Source: an uncultured Gammaproteobacteria bacterium
Lineage (GTDB): Bacteria; Patescibacteriota; Microgenomatia; UBA1406; GWC2-37-13
DNA length: 43,998 bases
Direction of reading: 5' to 3'
Assembly: GCA_964443335.1 (NCBI GenBank)
Contig: CAYUCK010000002.1
Coordinates: 1-43,998 of the forward strand
The translations under genes and the position numbers were made by a program. The notes under the pieces were generated by a model that made no database searches, was not told where the DNA came from, and saw nothing but the letters and a program-made list of their open reading frames with translations. Numbering within the stretch: the stretch's first letter is position 1; each line of letters opens with the position of its first letter. Shown here piece by piece: positions 39,010-43,998 of the stretch.

Positions 39010-39504
39010 ATGGAAGGTCTTGGTATTGATATAAAATATTTAGTGGCGCAGATTATTAATTTTACTTTGTTCTTTTTCATTTTTAAAAAATATTTAGCGG
39101 CTCCTTTTGCGAAATTTTTAGCTGAGGAAAAAAGAAAACAGGAGGAAAAAGATAAGGCAGATTTGTACCTTAAGCAACAACAAGAGAAATTGACAAAAGA
39201 GCTGGAAAAACAAAAAAAAGATTTAGAAAAAGAGTATGAAAAAGCTTTTTTAAAAGCAAAAACTGATGCTAAAGCCTATAAAGAAAAAATAATTGAACAA
39301 GCTAAAGCTGAGGCTGAAGAAATCATTGCTTCATCTAAAAAGAAGATTGCTGCAGAACGCAAAGCAATGGAAAAAGAGCTAGAAAAAAAAGTGGTTGATT
39401 TAGCGAAAACTATTTTGGAAAAAGCTTTTGATGATGTCATTGACGCTAAAACTCAAAAAGAAATCAATCAGCAAATTCTTAAAAATTTAAAGAAAATTAA
39501 TTAA
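39010..39504 (+). CDS. atpF: ATP synthase Fo subunit b
   Basis: AQIINF TM followed by a coiled coil. Confidence 0.93.
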   Translation: MEGLGIDIKYLVAQIINFTLFFFIFKKYLAAPFAKFLAEEKRKQEEKDKADLYLKQQQEKLTKELEKQKKDLEKEYEKAFLKAKTDAKAYKEKIIEQAKAEAEEIIASSKKKIAAERKAMEKELEKKVVDLAKTILEKAFDDVIDAKTQKEINQQILKNLKKIN

Positions 39505-39508
39505 TTTT

Positions 39509-39727
39509 ATGAATGAGGCAATTATTATTACTACCTATTTGTTATCGAATGACGAATTAAACAAGATTAAAGAAAAAATCCCTCAACTAAAAAACTTTGC
39601 AGTTAAAAATATAATTGACAAGAGTATTCTTGGAGGAATGGTTATCAAATTTGCTGATAAAATAATTGATTTATCTTTGAAAAATAAATTAAAAATGATT
39701 AGTCAAAAACTTTATGAGCAACTTTAA
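39509..39727 (+). CDS. atpH: ATP synthase delta subunit, C-terminal domain only
   Basis: 72 aa; [23 protein letters not shown] is the delta/OSCP C-terminal motif; lies between atpF and atpA. Confidence 0.85.
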   Translation: MNEAIIITTYLLSNDELNKIKEKIPQLKNFAVKNIIDKSILGGMVIKFADKIIDLSLKNKLKMISQKLYEQL

Positions 39728-41197
39728 TGATCTCATTAAAAAAACAGAAAAAATCATTGAAGAGATAAAAAAAGTCAAAATCGAACAATACGGAGAGGTC
39801 GAGGAAGTAAAAGACGGAGTTGCTATTATTGGTGGTTTAAGTGATATTACTTTTGGTGAAGTTGTTCAGTTTGAAAATGGTGTAAAAGGATATGTTATTG
39901 ATGTAGATAAGGAAAAAGTAGGAGTAATTGTTCTAGGTGATTATTTAGGCCTAAAATCTGGTGATAAAGTTGTTGGTTTAGGCTATACTCTTGCAATTCC
40001 AGTCAGTGATGCGATGATTGGTCGAGTGGTTGATTCATTAGGTGAACCTTTAGATGGCGAAGATAATTTTAAGAGAACAAAATTTTATCCAGTTGAAAAA
40101 ATCGCTCCAGGAGTGATTAAAAGAAAATCAGTTGATACTCCAATACAAACAGGGCTAAAAGTAATTGATTCTCTTATTCCTATTGGTCGAGGCCAGCGAG
40201 AGCTAATTATTGGTGATCGCGGTACTGGTAAAACTACTTTAGCTCTTGATGCCATTATTAACCAAAAAAATGAAAATGTGATTTGTATTTATTGTGCTAT
40301 TGGTCAGCGTAATTCAAAAATTGCCTCAGTGATTGAGGCTTTAAACAAGAATAAAGCTATAAGTTACACAATTGTTGTTTCTGCATCAGCTTCAGATCCA
40401 GCCTCATTGCAGTATTTAGCTCCATACAGTGCTACAGCCATTGGAGAATACTTTATGGATCAAGGAAAAGATGTTTTAATTGTTTATGATGACTTGACTA
40501 AGCACGCTTGGGCATACAGACAAATATCATTGATTCTGCGCCGACCAGCAGGACGTGAAGCTTATCCTGGTGATGTTTTTTATCTTCATTCACGGCTTTT
40601 AGAGCGAGCTTGTCGATTAAATGAAAAATACGGTGGAGGTTCAATTACAGCTTTACCAATAATTGAGACTTTTGAGGGTGATTTATCAACTTATATTCCC
40701 ACTAATGTTATCTCAATTACCGATGGACAGATTTTTTTAGAAACTGATCTGTTTAATTCTGGTATTAGACCTGCAGTTAATGTCGGGTTATCAGTTTCAC
40801 GTGTTGGTAGTAGCGCTCAAACTAAAGCAATGAAAAAAGTTGCTGGAAAATTAAAACTTGATCTAGCTCAATATCGGGAGATGGCGGCTTTTTCTCAATT
40901 TGAAAGTGAGCTTGATGAGCAGACAAAAAAGTTTTTAAATCGGGGAACCAGATTAACTCAAATTTTAATTCAAGACAAAAATCAACCTTATTCGCTGGCA
41001 ATGCAAGTGGCAGTGATATATGCTGCTTCATCTGGTTTTTTAGATTCAGTGCCAGTTAATGAAATAAAAAAATACGAGCAAAGAATTGTTAATCATATGG
41101 AAACCAAAGGAAAAAAATGGTTGGAAAAAGTCAATAAAAATAAAACTTTTGATGATGATGATGAGGAGGAATTAAAAAAATTAATTAGTGAAATTGT

Positions 41198-41201
<4 letters not shown>
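39714..41201 (+). CDS. atpA: ATP synthase F1 alpha subunit
   Basis: Motifs [37 protein letters not shown] and SVSRVG. Confidence 0.99.
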
Positions 41202-43440
<2,239 letters not shown>

Positions 43441-43469
43441 TTAAATAAACAAATAAATAAATAATAAAT

Positions 43470-43880
43470 ATGGCATTGCATCTTAAAATCATTACTCCAA
43501 AAAAAATCGTTTATGAAAAGAATGTTGAGTCTGTTACTGCCCCTGCAGATGATGGAGAAATTACTATTTTGCCAAATCATGCTAATTTATTTACGCTTTT
43601 AAAAGAGGGAATTATAAAGGTTAAGTACCAAGAAAATGAAGACTATTTTTCTATCGGTGCTGGATATTTGCAAACAGATGGTAAAGAGCTGGTCATCTTA
43701 GTTTCTCGCGCTTACGGTCAGGATGAGATTAATGAAAAGTTGATTAATGAGGCAATGGAGGCGGCTAAAAAATTAGCTTCTCAAGCTAAAGATGAAAAAA
43801 GTCGTCAGGAGGCTCTATCTTTAATGCGCCGCGCTATCATTGATTCTAAACTTCTAAAAAAAAGAAAAAAAATCACTTAA
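43470..43880 (+). CDS. atpC: ATP synthase F1 epsilon subunit
   Basis: Motifs LKIITP, GEITILPNHA and GAGYL, with a C-terminal helical hairpin. Confidence 0.95.
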   Translation: MALHLKIITPKKIVYEKNVESVTAPADDGEITILPNHANLFTLLKEGIIKVKYQENEDYFSIGAGYLQTDGKELVILVSRAYGQDEINEKLINEAMEAAKKLASQAKDEKSRQEALSLMRRAIIDSKLLKKRKKIT

Positions 43881-43937
43881 AATCATAAAAATGCTTTTAA
43901 ATTTAAATTTTAAAATTTATCGATTATACTTTAAGTT

Positions 43938-43998
43938 ATGATTTTAATTATTGTTGAGTCACCAACAAAAGCTCGCACTTTTAATCGGATTTTAAAAG
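43938..43998 (+). CDS. topA: DNA topoisomerase I, N-terminal fragment (runs off window)
   Basis: Reads MILIIVESPTKARTFNRILK, containing the TOPRIM motif IVESP.KA. Confidence 0.85.
   Translation, partial: MILIIVESPTKARTFNRILK

Overview
AT-rich chromosomal window that looks like a Patescibacteria/CPR genome, probably Microgenomates such as Roizmanbacteria. This is inferred from gene content and style. TGA is used as a stop, so genetic code 11 applies. The left 5.1 kb holds a compact type V-D CRISPR-Cas locus (Cas12d/CasY). It has a short-spacer array that runs off the window edge (25-nt repeat, 18-20-nt spacers, transcribed on the minus strand), a lone cas1 with no cas2 or cas4, and an intact ~1194-aa RuvC effector. 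Directly upstream of cas12d is an unannotated ~85-nt structured RNA candidate (scoutRNA-like). It carries two separate repeat-complementary segments in permuted order, and it is the most interesting signal in the window. The rest is mostly housekeeping: murD-murI-ftsW-murG-ftsQ-ftsA-ftsZ, a type-2 ileS with the non-canonical GVHH signature, rodA, rplU-rpmA, a truncated ParB-like gene, lepB and four tRNAs. It also holds a surface-glycan cluster next to a large secreted propeller+esterase protein, a LysM gene, lemA-htpX, an AsnB-CofE-like fusion, a 1.4-kb ORF-free gap, dnaE, a full F1Fo operon with a half-size delta subunit, and the start of topA. All calls come from reading the sequence by eye; no searches were run.
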